Assembly (NCBI RefSeq): GCF_006345805.1
Contig: NC_043004.1
Location: 54,374,001-54,438,000 of the forward strand
Direction: 5' to 3'
DNA: 64,000 nucleotides
DNA from: Octopus sinensis
Taxonomy: Eukaryota
Shown one piece after another: positions 1-13,274 of this stretch (position 1 is its first letter; each line of letters opens with the position of its first letter). The translations under genes and the position numbers were made by a program. Under the pieces are notes generated by a model. It did not search any database. It was not told where the DNA came from and saw nothing but the letters and a program-made list of their open reading frames with translations.

Positions 1-606
1 TATATTCATTTCTAGTGTGGCACCTCTCACGCCTTCATATTTCATAATGGCGTGTAGGATGTCCACTTTATCTTCATTTCCTTTGATAACCGCAGCCGTT
101 ATTAATTCGCCCTCTAGGTGTGGAGGTATTCCCACCACCCTAATTCTGGTGGTCCTTCTATTCAAATACGTGGGGAACAAGTAAATCTTTTCTGTACTCA
201 CCACCTTGGCTGCTACATTCCTGGCTGCTTTCTCACTTTTAAATTGTACCGTTATGGTTCCATATTGTAATCCTTTTGTCATGTACACAATTTCTTCTCC
301 TGTCTGTTTGAGAGCCTCTTCAATTGCTTCCATGTTAATCACTTCCATTTTTCTACCTCCATTCATAAATACTTTATATTTAATGGTTCTACGATGGAAC
401 CAGTCTCCACGCGCTGCTGGAGGCAACAGCTCTACCTCTCCGTTCTCCTCCTCCTTCATGAACTCCTGGAAGCCCGTCAACTTAGCCAGGTCTATCTCTT
501 TTTCTGTTGACCTCTTCGTTACACCTGCGTAGGTGCTTTCCACTTTTTTCACCGCCAACTCCTCCTCAGATGTTGCCGAATTTTCAGAGAAATTTCTCCC
601 CTCCAT
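1..606 (-). CDS. ORF1-like (RRM-type nucleic-acid-binding) protein of an L1/Tx1-clade LINE; N-terminal 202 codons, runs off the window edge
   Basis: Manual translation from ATG at 606-604 (MEGRNFSENS...YGTITVQFKSEKAARNVAAKVVSTEKIYLFPTYLNRRTTRIRVVGIP...) has no stop to position 1. It is absent from the ORF track because it has no stop. The motif LFPTYLNRRTTRIRVVGIP resembles LTPSYRGQKVTKITLNNVP in the zinc-knuckle ORF1 at 35555-36106. Confidence 0.6.
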   Translation of the reverse strand, partial: MEGRNFSENSATSEEELAVKKVESTYAGVTKRSTEKEIDLAKLTGFQEFMKEEENGEVELLPPAARGDWFHRRTIKYKVFMNGGRKMEVINMEAIEEALKQTGEEIVYMTKGLQYGTITVQFKSEKAARNVAAKVVSTEKIYLFPTYLNRRTTRIRVVGIPPHLEGELITAAVIKGNEDKVDILHAIMKYEGVRGATLEMNI

Positions 607-959
607 CTCGTCCGTTTGGTAGAGGCAGCTCATAGTCGCCTCAGGCCGAAAAACGGCCTCCCGAACCGAAAAAGTGCAACGCGCAGAACCAGTGAAACGC
701 GAAACCGCATCAACGACGTTCAAAATTTCACAACAACAACCATTCACTTTTTTGTTCTTTTTACTTTTTTACCGAATTTTACAAACGTAACAAAACCCGG
801 CCAACTTTTTTCAAGAGGATTGCCACGTTTAAATAAGAAATGGAAATCATTTAGTTAATCATGCAATTTTGGGAATATTCCATTTTTTACTGATATATAC
901 TACAATAACAAAGAAATTATTTAAGATTTTAGATGTATGCATAAGTATTCTTATGGTTC

Positions 960-1310
960 CAAAACGCATGGTTGTCAGTTCAGTCCCACTGTGTGGTAAC
1001 TTGGCATGTGTCTTCTACTATAGCCTGAGACCAACCAAAGCCTTGTCAGTGGATTTTGTAGACAGAAACTGAAAGAAATCAATCGTATATATATGTATGT
1101 ATGTATGTAAGTCTGTGTATGTGTCTTTGTGTTTCTCCCTCATCACTGCTTCACAACTGGTGTTCGTTTATTTACATCCCCATAACATTCTGGTTTCACA
1201 AGAAGAAACTGATAGAATAAGTACCAGGCTTATCAAAATTTAAAATAGCTCTACGCAGTGTCTCACATTTTTGTTTGCCCACTCAGTTGTATCTATCAAT
1301 TTATCTTTGT
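960..1310 (+). mobile_element. Degenerate tRNA-derived SINE (family A) plus flank; locally duplicated at 1428-1496 and 4131-4401
   Basis: Matches the full-length family A copies at 25794 and 23320 (gttcagtcccactg.gtgg..accttgg, gtcttctactatagcc, gtagacagaaactgaaag, gatagaataagtac). The flank 1259-1310 recurs at 4351-4401. Confidence 0.8.
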
Positions 1311-1347
1311 GTGTGTGTGTGTGTGTACATACATATATATATATATG

Positions 1348-1429
<82 letters not shown>

Positions 1430-1496
1430 ATTTCGTGGACAGGAACTGAAACAAATCAATCGTATATATATGTATGTAATATGTAAGTGTATGTGT

Positions 1497-4130
1497 TTTA
1501 GTATTGGCAACATGAATGACAATAGCCAGAGACTACTTGAAGTTTGCACATACCATAACCTGTGCATTACCAACACATTCTTTCCCAACAAGACATCCCA
1601 CAAGGCATCTTGGAGACATCCAAGATCTCACCACTGGCATGAGTTGGATCTCAAGATCCTTTCTGACCCGTAGCGCGGATTGTGAGACAGATCATTCACT
1701 AATAAGAAGGGTGAGGATTCTGCCTAAAAAGTCCATCACTCCAAGAAAATTAGCCAACCACGCATTAACACTGCCAGAACCTCGAACCCTACACTGCGAC
1801 AATGTTTTGCTGTTTTTATCAAGGTTGCCCTCAGTAGCTGCCCAACCTCCTCTGCTGAAAGTAGGTGGAATTATATCAGGGAAGCTTTGTATACCACATC
1901 AATAGATACTTTCGGAATGAGAGAAAGGTAAAACCCAGATTTTGTTCAGTGCTGGGCTCTCAGAGCTGGAACCAGTTATCGAAGCAAAGCGTACAGCTCT
2001 GATGCAATACAAGAGTGGTTCTTCTACAAAGTCACACGAAGAACTCAGAAAGGCAAGAAATAAAACCCAACTGACTGCCAGACGCTATGCAAATGGGTAT
2101 TGAAAGGAAATCTGTCAGAGTATCCAGTCAGCTACTGACAGTGGCGACACCCGTGGGATGTATGCCGGTTTGAAGAAGGCCCTCGGTCCATCCGCAAATA
2201 CCTCAGCCCCTCTGAAATCAACTACTGGAGATCTCATCAGGGACCAAAGCAAGCAAATGGATAGATGGATGGAGTACTACCAGGATCTCTACTCACGAGA
2301 GACCACGGTAGCTGAGGCTACAATCGAGGGTGTCAAGATCTTGCCAGTCATGTGTGAACTTGACAGTCTGCCATCTATAGCAGAGCTCACCAAATCTATT
2401 GACTCCCTAGCAAGTAACAAGGCTCCGGGAAAAGACGGCATCCCCTTAGAGATCATCAAAACCGGCAAAAACACCATCCTGCTTCGGCACATTCATGAGC
2501 TTCTGTGTCAGTGCAGGTAAGAGGGTACAGTCCCTCAGAATATGCGGGATGCTAACATCATTACGCTTTACAAAAATAAAAGTGACCGTGATGATTGTAA
2601 CAATTACCGTGGAATATCTCTTCTAAGCACAGTTGGAAAGGCCTCTGCTTGCATTATCCTGTCCAGGCTGCAACTAATTGCTTCTCGAATTTATCCAGAA
2701 TCGCAGTGTGGCTTTAGAAGCAGATCAACTATTGACATGATATTCTCCATACGCCAACTTCAGAAGTCCAGAAAGCAGAACATGCCATTATATATGGCCT
2801 TCATTGATCTGACAAAGGGCTTTGACTTGGTAAGTAGAAAAGGCCTCTTCATCCTGCTCCAAAAAATCTGATGTCCACCAAAGCTGCTGAGGATCATCAA
2901 ATCATTCCATGCTAATATGCAAGGCACCATACAGCACAATGGTTCAACATCAGCCGCCTTCCAAATAAAAAATGGGGTAGAGCAAGGTTGTGTCCTTGCT
3001 CCTACATTATTTGGCATCTTCTTCTCGCTGCTGCTGTCACATGCCTTTGAGACATCAGATGATGGAGTGTTTCTGCACAGTAGAAGTGATGGGGAACTGT
3101 TCAATCTCTCGCGTCTGCGTGCCAAGACCAAAATTTCAGAAGCATCCTGATCAAGGAGATGCTATTTGCTGATGATGCCGCTCTGGTATCACACACAGAA
3201 GAAGCCCTACGAAGGCACAGCAACTGTTTTGAGCAAGCATTTGGCAACTTTGGCTTAGTTATCAGCCTCAAGAAGACCAACATCATGGGTCAGGCTACAT
3301 CGGACATCCCAAACATACATATTGGAGACCACAGAGTATAGGAGGTGGAGAAGTTTACCTATCTTGGCTCTACCGTCACCTACAACCTATCCCTTGATGC
3401 TGAGCTCAATATACGCATTGGCAATAAGCTGACCAAGACCACAAAAATGAAGATTTACCAGGCATGTGTACTTAGCACTCTACTGTATGACTTTGACGCC
3501 ATACACGCCATACGACGCCATACGTCGCCTAAATATCTTTCACCTGCGCTGTCTCCGGAAAATCCATCGCATCAAATGGCAGAATCATGTCCCTAACAAA
3601 GATGTCCTCAAGCAAGCAGGAATACCAAGCATGTTTGCACTCTTCACACAAAGACGTATGAGATGGCTTGGACATGTTAGCCGTATGGAAGATGGCAGAA
3701 TCCCCAAGGACATACTCAACGGAGAGCTTGCTAGGGGCACTAGGTCTGTGGGAAGACCGTTCTTACGATACAAAGATGTTTGCAAAAGGGACATGAATGC
3801 CTGCAACATCAATATTACCAACTGGGAAGCAGTTGCCAACAACTGTGGAGATTGGCGACGTACCGTGAAAGAGGGAACACAAAGGAGTGACATAGTGAGA
3901 AAGGAGAAATGGAAAGACAAGAAAAGACGTCAACAAGAAACTATGACATTACAACCAGTCAGGCAAAGTCTTCGCTACATTTACGGCACCTGCCAGAGGG
4001 AGTGTTTGTCCCGGCTAGGACTACACAGCCACAGCAAGAGATGTATTAGGACATGAAATGTAAAAACCGGACAAGATTATTTTATGCGCAACTCCATTGT
4101 CTCCCGAGACAAAAAGGATGCCAACAACAA
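1497..4130 (+). mobile_element. RTE-clade non-LTR retrotransposon, 5'-truncated, ORF2 broken by stops and frameshifts
   Basis: Endonuclease tail (LCITNTFF, WRHPRSHHWH); RT motifs KAPGKDGIP, NYRGISLLS, QCGFRSRSTID, AFIDLTKGFD, QGCVLAPTLF, LFADD; C-terminal RRMRWLGHVSRMEDGRIPK and C2H2-like CQRECLSRLGLHSHSKRC; ends in a gccaacaacaa tail. Confidence 0.95.
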
Positions 4131-4402
4131 TATATATGGATTTCGTAGACAGGAACTGTAACAAATAAATCGTATATATATGTATGTATATATGTAAGTG
4201 TATGTGTGTGTCTTTGTCTCTGTGTTTCGCCCTCATCACTGCTTCACAACTGCTGTTCATTTATTTACATCCACATAACTTACTGGTTTCACAAGAACAA
4301 ACTAATAGAGTAAGTACTAGGCTTATCAACATAAAAAAGCACTAGGCTGTGTCTCATATTTTTGTTTGCTCACTCAGTTGTATCTATCAATTTATCTTTG
4401 TA

Positions 4403-4796
4403 CTAGCAGTATCGCCCGGCGTTGCTCGGGTTGTAAGGGAAATAACTATATAAGCATTTTTAGAGAGTTATAGCCAAAAAATAGCAAAAAAATGCATTAA
4501 AAATTGAAAAAAAATTAGTGTAAATTTTTTTTTTAATCGTTGACACATCGTAGATATTTTTAGAGAGTTACTTCCCTTATATAAACGCGAAAAAATGCAT
4601 TAAAATGGAAAAATATGATGGTAAATTCTTTTAAAATCGTAGACTCATCGTAGACGCGCGCTAATACCCAGAAGGGCTCGATATGAATCACGACTATAAG
4701 ATACCCGCTTTTGGTTAAACTGCACCGCAAAATGTGGGAGTAGTTACGAATCTAAATCGAAGGGGACAGACACACAACTTCACTCTTATATAAAGA
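4403..4796 (-). mobile_element. Non-autonomous Helitron-like element
   Basis: On the minus strand: 5'-TC start, 3' CTAG end preceded by a CCCG-agcaacgc-CGGG hairpin, inserted between A and T, no TSD. Near-identical copies at 8524, 12851 and 20828. Confidence 0.85.
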
Positions 4797-5598
4797 TGCT
4801 TTTTTTTTCAGTCATAGAGTTAGATTTATGAAGGTCTTCAGTAGAAAATCCTTCGAATTCTGACTCGCTGCTTGATATAATGAAATTCGCATCCATTTTT
4901 TGTCAGAATTACAAATTTTGAAAACACAATAGGAACAAATTTCGGAAAAAAATATCCCATAATTCACGGAATTAAAATTACACTTCGATTTTTGTACAAA
5001 ACTGTATTTGAAGTGTTTACGAAGTATAATACGTGTTTTCACGAATGTACTAAAGAGATTTACTCTGATATTCTCATTTAAATATGAATAGGTAAATTCG
5101 GGCGGTTTGGTAACGAAAGGGTTTATATAAGTGTCGTCTGTTTATACATAAACACTGTTTCATACTTTCAGTTTAGTCTTCCTCAAATCACTCTGTCGCT
5201 AATTTACTCTCTTCCAAGAACATTTTCACTCACTCTTATCTGTTAGCTTCCCATACATTTTACTCATGTATCTATCAGCGTGATAGACAGAAACAAATAT
5301 TACATCTAGTTTCACTTTATTCGTTGCACACTGTGTGTGTGCGTTTGCGTGTGGTGTAAACCACATTAAGAAAAGCATTTGACATACACACCAGAATGTG
5401 AGTTTTCTGTAAATTTTGCTTAATTGGAGTTTAAATTTTAAAAACTGGACCTGGCATGACCCGATGCATTCTACTCTTAAAAATGCTAGGTAAATTGTAA
5501 TTGAAGAAATCCTATATGGTAGATTTCTATAACTTACAAAGGGAGGCAGATAAAATCTGCCTTTTATAATAAGAGATGTGTGCATGTGTGTGTGTGTA

Positions 5599-5635
<37 letters not shown>

Positions 5636-6888
5636 CCCTAATGGGAGCCTTAAATCCCAAACTTTAGTAATTTCTTTTATGATCCAAAACTTGGTAAAAA
5701 GTACTGAATGGATCTTTATGAAATTTGGAAATTATATTCTATGCATAAGGGCCATAACACCCATGACAATTCATATATTTTTGCTGTTGATGAAATTTTA
5801 ACCATAGACATTAGACACAAATGAAGTAATATCTATAAAATTTCATCTTACAAAGTTAGAAAGACCCCTCCATGGGGACTTAACAACTACAATTTTGTCA
5901 TTTTATCTAAGCAAAAATGAATACAGTTGTGCTCTTGGAAGCTGTAGGGTTACCCGAGCATAAAAGATGAGCATTATTTGTAATTCAATGGTACAACAGT
6001 GTAACAGTTTGCTTTGACATACACACTGCATAAATTGTCAAGTAAATGAGAGGCATCTTTGCCTCCACTGATTCAGTTGCAAAGTGTAGAGTAAAATTTA
6101 TTTGATTGCAGACCTCCTTTCAGATGGTAACATTGATTTCAAGGCCTTCCCAGATGAGTGACTGGTTATTCGAAGACATTTATAGATTTTAAATTTATTC
6201 TGTCCAGTTACGTATCAGTATAGTGGTCATTTGCAAACTACAGAGGTGACACTTTCATTTCTCCTTAGCTCTCACGTCAAACAGTTGTTAATGTTGATTT
6301 CAGTTGGGTCACGCCCTTCCAATTGCTATAGATTTGTAATGCATCTTACGGCTGTGCCTGTCACCTGGATGGTGAGGAATCCTACATTAGGAGTGGTAAC
6401 GACTAGGGTAGGGTAACTGACTGCTTATTGTGATCATTCGTCTTTTGGTTTCCTGTAGCTTTGCTCTCTTTTACAAACCCAGTGAACATATATTTCCTAT
6501 TTCAAAGAAATTCAAACAATAGATATAAGACCCAAGTTAAAAAGATTTTCAACAATTCAACTTCTCTGGTTGACATTAAGATACCCACCCCCAACAGGGG
6601 CCTTAACTCTCACATTTTAGAGCTCCATGACCTTCATTTTTCAGGAACAAAATCTTTTTAACAAGTTAAATAAGACTGGAATTTTGGAATATGCGCATAA
6701 AAATCAGGATTATGGGATACATGTGGCACGATTACAATTTTTTAGGGTGTGTAAAGATTGAAATAACCCTCATCTGCAATTTTGATGAAATTCGAAACAT
6801 AGATATTCCAGTTCATCACAGAAGATATAACAGAAAAGTCTAATTCTCCAATTGAATGTAATCGGGTAACGCCGGGTATCTCTGCTAG
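5599..6888 (+). mobile_element. Probable second non-autonomous Helitron-like element
   Basis: 3' end cgggtaacgccggg-tatctctg-CTAG|T at 6863-6889. The 5' A|TC-tatata start at 5598-5600 is tentative. Confidence 0.5.
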
Positions 6889-7118
6889 TTATATATAAAT
6901 ATAAAAAAGTAAAAGATATGCAATAAATATAAATATGTATATAAAAGTAAAAATGTACATATATATATATATATTCTTTCTTTTCTTTCTTTTATTCTTT
7001 TACTTGTTTCGACCCGAACACTTCTTTAAAGTAATTCTATATATTTCGCAAGAAAGAACAATAATATTATGTATATACTTGCCACCATCGGGGGCACAAA
7101 CACAAACACACACACAGT

Positions 7119-7267
7119 TTCCGTCTACCAAATTCACTCACAAGGCTTTGGTTGGCCTGAGGCTCTAGTAGAAGACCAAGGCGTCGCGTAATGGGGCCGA
7201 ACCCAGAACCATGTAGTTGGTAAGCAGGCTACTTACCACACAGCCACTCATGCATATGTATGTGTGT

Positions 7268-7312
<45 letters not shown>

Positions 7313-7800
7313 TGTGTGTCTGTGTGTAGTTTGACAAGTGTCAATGAACGAAACTCTCGCCCCCCGAGTCACTCTGTTGCTTCTGCTAAATATTGATAAA
7401 CACATATATGACAAGCTTTTTCAGATTCCGTCAACCAAATCTACTCACAAGGGTTTAGTCGACCCAGGGCTATAGTAGAAACACCCGCTCAAAGTGCCAC
7501 GCAGCTGGACTGAACCCGGAACAGCTTACAACACAGTCACGCCTGCTTCTATTCACATATATACATGATATATATTTCTTTTGCTACCCACAAGGGGCTA
7601 AACATAGAGGGGACAAACAAGGACAGACAAACGGATTAAGTCAATTACATCGACCCAGTGCGAAACTGGTACTTTATTTATCGACCCCGAGAGGATGAAA
7701 GGCAAAGTCGACCTCGGCGGAATTTGAACTCAGAACGTAGACGAAATACTGCTAAGCATTTCGCCCGGCGTGCTAACGCTTCTGCCAGCTCGCCGCCTCT
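7119..7800 (-). mobile_element. Cluster of SINE fragments: two family A heads (7119-7252, 7400-7550) and one family B copy (7570-7800)
   Basis: Similarity to the family A consensus (acttaccacacagccactc) and family B consensus (ctgccagctcgccgcc, gaaaggcaaagtcgacctcggcggaatttgaactcagaacg) seen elsewhere in the window. Confidence 0.85.
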
Positions 7801-8480
7801 TGCATATAAATCTATGTGCGTATATAGACACAGTTATACATACACATACCTAGTCATGGATGGCTACACACACTAACACACACGTACACATACACATGCA
7901 AGTAGTCACACGAGTGTAAACACAACCACACACATACGCACGCACACACACACACATACACACTCGCACGCACGCACATAATCTCCTTTCCTCTCACCCT
8001 TATTCTTCTGAGCAAACACACATCTACACACACATAGAAAGGCATGCATGCACGCAGACATAAGATTAATTCGCGGCCAAATTTCAGGGCAGACGTTGAA
8101 GAGAAAGGACAAGCTATTGAAAAGGTCGCGAAAAATAGCGACGAACGGACTTTCACGAAGAAATAAAACTTTGATTGTTTAACCAAACAAACGATCGATT
8201 ACGAAGTTGGTCAGATGTGTAACCATATCGTTATTGGCATAATGACGCTCCCAAGAATCAACAAGATGTATGTGTGTATACGTGTGTGAGTGTGTGTGCG
8301 TATGTGTATATATGTATGTGTGTGTGTGTGTATATGTATGTGTGTGTGTGTGGCAAAAACAGACCGATAGAATAAGTACTAGGCTTACAAAGAATAATCC
8401 CTAGAGTCGATTTGCTCGACTAAAGGCAGTGCTCCAGCATGGCCAAGTCAAATGACTGTAACAAATAAAAGAATAAAAGA

Positions 8481-8523
<43 letters not shown>

Positions 8524-8524
<1 letters not shown>

Positions 8525-8921
8525 TAGCAGTGTCGCCCGGCGTTGCTCGGGTTTGTAAGGGAAATAACTATATAAGCATTTTTAGAGATGTAAAGTATAA
8601 TAGCCATCTCAATATGGCTAACCACAAAGGGGGAGTGTTACTGTAGCTTTTTACATTCTGAGATTTAATAATACATTTTTAGAGAGTTACTTCCCTTATA
8701 TAAACCGAGCGAAGATGCATTAAAAATGCGGAAAAAATTATGGTAATTTTTTTTTTAAATCGTAAACTCATCGTAGACGTGCGCTAATACACAGAAGGGC
8801 TCGATATGAATCACGACTATAAGATACCCGCTTTTGGTTACACTGCACCGCAAAATGAGGGAGTAGTTAGGAATCTAAATCGTAGGAGACAGACACACAA
8901 CTTCACTTTTATATATAAAGA
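8524..8921 (-). mobile_element. Non-autonomous Helitron-like element
   Basis: Same TC...hairpin-CTAG termini as 4403-4796, with a variant internal segment (aatatggctaaccacaaagggggagtgttactgtagc). Confidence 0.85.
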
Positions 8922-8963
8922 TATATATATATATATATATATACACATACACATATATATACA

Positions 8964-9036
<73 letters not shown>

Positions 9037-9044
9037 TATATACA

Positions 9045-9127
<83 letters not shown>

Positions 9128-9186
9128 ACATATATATATTCAGTGTGTATATATATATATATATATATACAGTATATTTATATACA

Positions 9187-9228
<42 letters not shown>

Positions 9229-9340
9229 TGAGGGAATATTATACATAACTTACAGGGAAAAATTCAATTTAGAAATACTAATTCAAATTTCGCGAAATAT
9301 AATATATATATATATATATTATATATATATATATATATAA
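8922..9340. repeat. Interrupted (TA)n microsatellite block
   Basis: Direct reading; source of the poly-IY ORFs. Confidence 0.95.
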
Positions 9341-9520
9341 AATAGAAAAAACCACCTTTTATCAATTCAAAATGAACAATTAAATTACACCATCTAGAAA
9401 ATTACATATAATAGAAATATTAAATATAAAATAATAATATACCGATGATTAAGTAATGTGCAAAATAATAAATAAATCGTATATATCATGAATTGATAAA
9501 AGGTGTTTTTTTTCTAATTT
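9339..9520. repeat. Short element with ~30-bp inverted ends embedded in (TA)n
   Basis: aaatagaaaaaaccaccttttatcaattca (9339-9368) versus tgaattgataaaaggtgttttttttctaattt (9489-9520). Confidence 0.7.
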
Positions 9521-10069
9521 ATATATATATATATACAGTCTTTTCTGTTGCTTGACCATTAATACCTGCTATATATCTCTCTCTTGCTGCCTTCGAAACA
9601 CACTGCCACACATACATAGACGCACACACACATACATGAAAGCAATTTCTCACACTCAAACACTCTAGCACTTATTCTTAAAATAATTCAAATATAAAAA
9701 CCAGTCATACAGAATACATTCATACTCTTTGATTTTCCTGTACCCCCCCTCTCCTAACCGGATTCTGACCTTGAACTATCTTAACGGACATTCTCGTCTG
9801 CTTTCACCCAGTCTGGCGTCAACGCATATAGATAGACAGTTTGTGCCATTTATTCCATGGGCTCCTCGTGAGCGTTTGTGAAAAGCCTGCTGTGCATTTT
9901 GTTGGAGAATTAAGTTCCTGGATTTTCCTGAAGAGAAGGCTGCAAAATGGACTCCTTATTCAATCCGAATTAGGGACTTTGCAGCCTTTGAAACATATGT
10001 AGAAAATAATAAAAAGGAATTTTGTTAAATCTTCGTTTCTTCCTACACTAAATATATATATATATATTT

Positions 10070-10440
10070 ATTACACACATGTGAGTGAGAACACTTTGAG
10101 ATATTTTTGGTATCTAACATATGTCAGATACTGCGAGCGCTGCTTCTGATTGGTCAATCCATGGTGATGACCCGAGGTCACGGTGACAGCGCTGCTTCTG
10201 ATTGGTCAATCCATGGTGATGACCCGACGTCACGATGACGGCACTACTTTTGTCATTCATAAGTTACAACTAAACGTGAAGAATTTAGTTATTGGGCTAA
10301 TAAAATATGGTCGTTTATTCGTGTGTAATAAATAAAATACCAAACTCATTCCCTATGGATACCGTATTTATTACAACTCGTTTACAAGCCACTCGTTGTA
10401 ATAAATACGGTATCCATAGGGAACTCGTTTGGTATTCTCT
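10070..10440. repeat. Unclassified repeat with a 52-bp direct duplication and a 41-bp-arm hairpin
   Basis: gcgctgcttctgattggtcaatccatggtgatgacccga.gtcacg.tgac occurs twice (10137-10240). Inverted arms at 10337-10377 and 10395-10435. Confidence 0.7.
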
Positions 10441-10949
10441 ATATATATTCAGTCAAACTAATGCACCTGCTTGTTATTCCTGCACCTGTCTTCGTCTTTT
10501 GTTGTTTTCTGTAAATATATCCTTTTATATATGTGTGCTGCAAGATTCTTGATGTGAAACCGTGTGTTGAAACAGATATTGTTGTATTTCGAGATTTTCC
10601 CTCTTTTTGCCAAATAAACATGCGCACTATATAATTCCCTTTTCACTTAATTTTTACTGTTCTTATTCTAATTTATGTTTATCGTCCGGAAATCTTTCGT
10701 CACACCTCTGTGAACTCTTCAGCGACACTTTCTGTCTTCGTGTGTACTCTTGCTCCGTTTTTATACATATACGCACATACGCGAGTAAATATACGGGTAA
10801 AACCCTTGTGGTATGCTATATAAAGCTCGTATAAAGTCTTACTCAAAGAAGGTGCATTTCACACCTTGAATTCGTGATAATGATTACACAACATCTCACC
10901 AATGAACAAGTGTAAAAATATGTCGAAACAATTGTAATGTTTATAGATA

Positions 10950-11059
<110 letters not shown>

Positions 11060-11722
11060 TGTATGTATGTATGTATGTATGTGTGTGTGTATGTATATAC
11101 CTACATATATATGTATATACATATGCATATATGGGTTCAGGACGTCACAGAAGGTAAACAACAGGAAATACGAAATACGAAAATATGGAATACGAACTTT
11201 TTTGCGAACAGCGAAAGAAACAATAGTATCGATAATGCCCGAAATTGCGTTTGACTCCTCTTGCTGATAACTGATGAAGAATTTGTGACCTTGTGTGTTT
11301 CCTGTTCGCTGTGCATTTAGTATGTGTTCGTTTGTTTATTTTACAATACGTTTATTTTTAATTATATATATATAGATATGTCATATTTTCCGTTTGTTGT
11401 CTTTTTATTTAATCCTGAAGATATTATTTATGTAACGCACGCACTCATTAATCTTTTACCTATATATATATATGTGTGTGTGCGTGTGTATGTGTGCGTG
11501 TGTGTGTGTGTGAGTGTGGTGTGTGTGTGTGTGTGCGCGCGCGCGCGCGCGTGTGTGTGTGTAGTTCAAATTTACAGAAAACAAACGAAGACAGGTGAAA
11601 GAACAACAAGCAGAGTTTGAAGGTTTTTTAGTTATAGAAATCGACCCCAGGACTTACTCTTTGGAACCCTAGCACTTATTCTATCGGTTTCTTTTTCCAA
11701 AACGCTAAGCTACGGGGACGTG

Positions 11723-11770
<48 letters not shown>

Positions 11771-12029
11771 CGTAGGAGTGACTGTGTGACAAGAAGTTTG
11801 CTGCCTGGTCACTAGGTCAAATAGATTTTGACGATGGAAACTGAAAAAAGCCCGTCGTATATACGTGTTTGTGGGCCGGAGGGGGCTAGCTTCGTGCTTG
11901 TCCCAGACAACCGCTTGTTGACTTCCTTTCCATCCCCGCAACTTAGAAGTTCGACGAAATTAACCGATAGAATATGTCGAATGACTGAGACAAGTAAATG
12001 TTTTTTTTAGATATATCGTAGTAATATCT

Positions 12030-12345
12030 AATGTAGTTGTGGTTTACGACCAGTCAGGACGTTACCATTGGTTTCACACTTTTTATACTCTTAGCAATAT
12101 AGACGTCTCCCACGGCTAAGAACGTAAAAGGCGCGAAAGCAAAGGTGACTCCCTGACCGGCCATACCAGCCACATAGTTTCGTGTTCATTCACACTGCGT
12201 GGCACCTTAGAACCTAGGTTGGATTCAAAATTCTACCAGGACACCTGATGAAGCCGAAATTTTGTGGTAGCAACAAACAAGATGAGGACAAATATCCGTC
12301 CAATGTAAATATTGTACAGAATTCCTCATCTCTAAAATATAGAAC
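12030..12345 (+). mobile_element. Probable Penelope-derived non-coding remnant with a collapsed hammerhead core
   Basis: CAC-CTGATGA-agcc-GAAA-tttt-GTG at 12242-12266; helix II is essentially deleted. Confidence 0.4.
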
Positions 12346-12850
12346 AATTTATGATTGTTTCAAAAATTCCATGTTGACTTAATCTTGCATCGTGTTTTTA
12401 AACGACTCCACAATTAATGATGTAGTCATATCCGTTGTACAGATATCCCGTTCATAGAAATGATCCCTCGCAACTCTCTACAAAAAATAATATGCTGAAG
12501 TGTTTGTCTATCGCTTAAATATAGGACATTAATCAATGTTTATAGTGGACGGCACAGCGGTCACGTTTATAAACATGATTGAAGATAAGTCAAAATGAAT
12601 TTGTAGAAATAATTGTAAACTATGAAACAAAAATAATAACGCAAACTCCACTTTTCAGTGCTTATTACTTCTGTAACCCCTCAGAGGAAACATGACTCCT
12701 CCTTCACTCCTCTCCACCCTTCATTTATGGTTTGAGAATAATTCTATAATTGTTGTAAACTGGAATGGAACTTACTCCCTTTCTGCTCACATCCATTCAC
12801 CATTCAATGCTACTTGCTTTGCATCTTTTAGAGAGATAGATTAGATATAA

Positions 12851-13251
12851 CTAGCAGTATCGCCCGGCGTTGCTCGGGTTGTAAGGGAAATAAGTATATA
12901 AGCATTTTTAGAGAGTTATAGCCAAAAAATAGCAAAACAAAAATGCATTAAAAATGGAAAAAAAATGATGGTAATTTTTTTTTTAAATCGTTGACTCATC
13001 GTAGACATTTTTAGAGAGTTACTTCCCTTATATAATATCGAAAAAATGCATTAAAATGGAAAAAAAATGATGGTGATTTTTTTTTTTAATCGTAGACTCA
13101 TCGTAGACGCGCGCTAATACCCAGAAGGGCTCGATATGAATCACGACTATAAGATACCCGGTTTTGGTTAAACTGCACCGCAAAATGTGGGAGTAGTTAG
13201 GAATCTAAATCGAAGGAGACAGACACACAACCTCTCTTTTATATATAAGGA
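12851..13251 (-). mobile_element. Non-autonomous Helitron-like element
   Basis: Same termini and body as 4403-4796. Confidence 0.85.
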
Positions 13252-13274
13252 TAAACTCAAAGAGCAACTAGAAA

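Noticed and set aside
206-858. Plus-strand ORFs 206-532 and 616-858
   Set aside because: They are shadows of the minus-strand ORF1-like frame and its leader.
4797-5576. Extension of the 4403-4796 Helitron to a second TC start at 5576 (composite Helitron)
   Set aside because: Only a TC-containing start-like motif (atctcttattataaaag) supports it, and there is no second copy in the window.
11230-11290. GAAA...CTGATGA as a type II hammerhead (also 33580-33635)
   Set aside because: The flanking helices do not pair.
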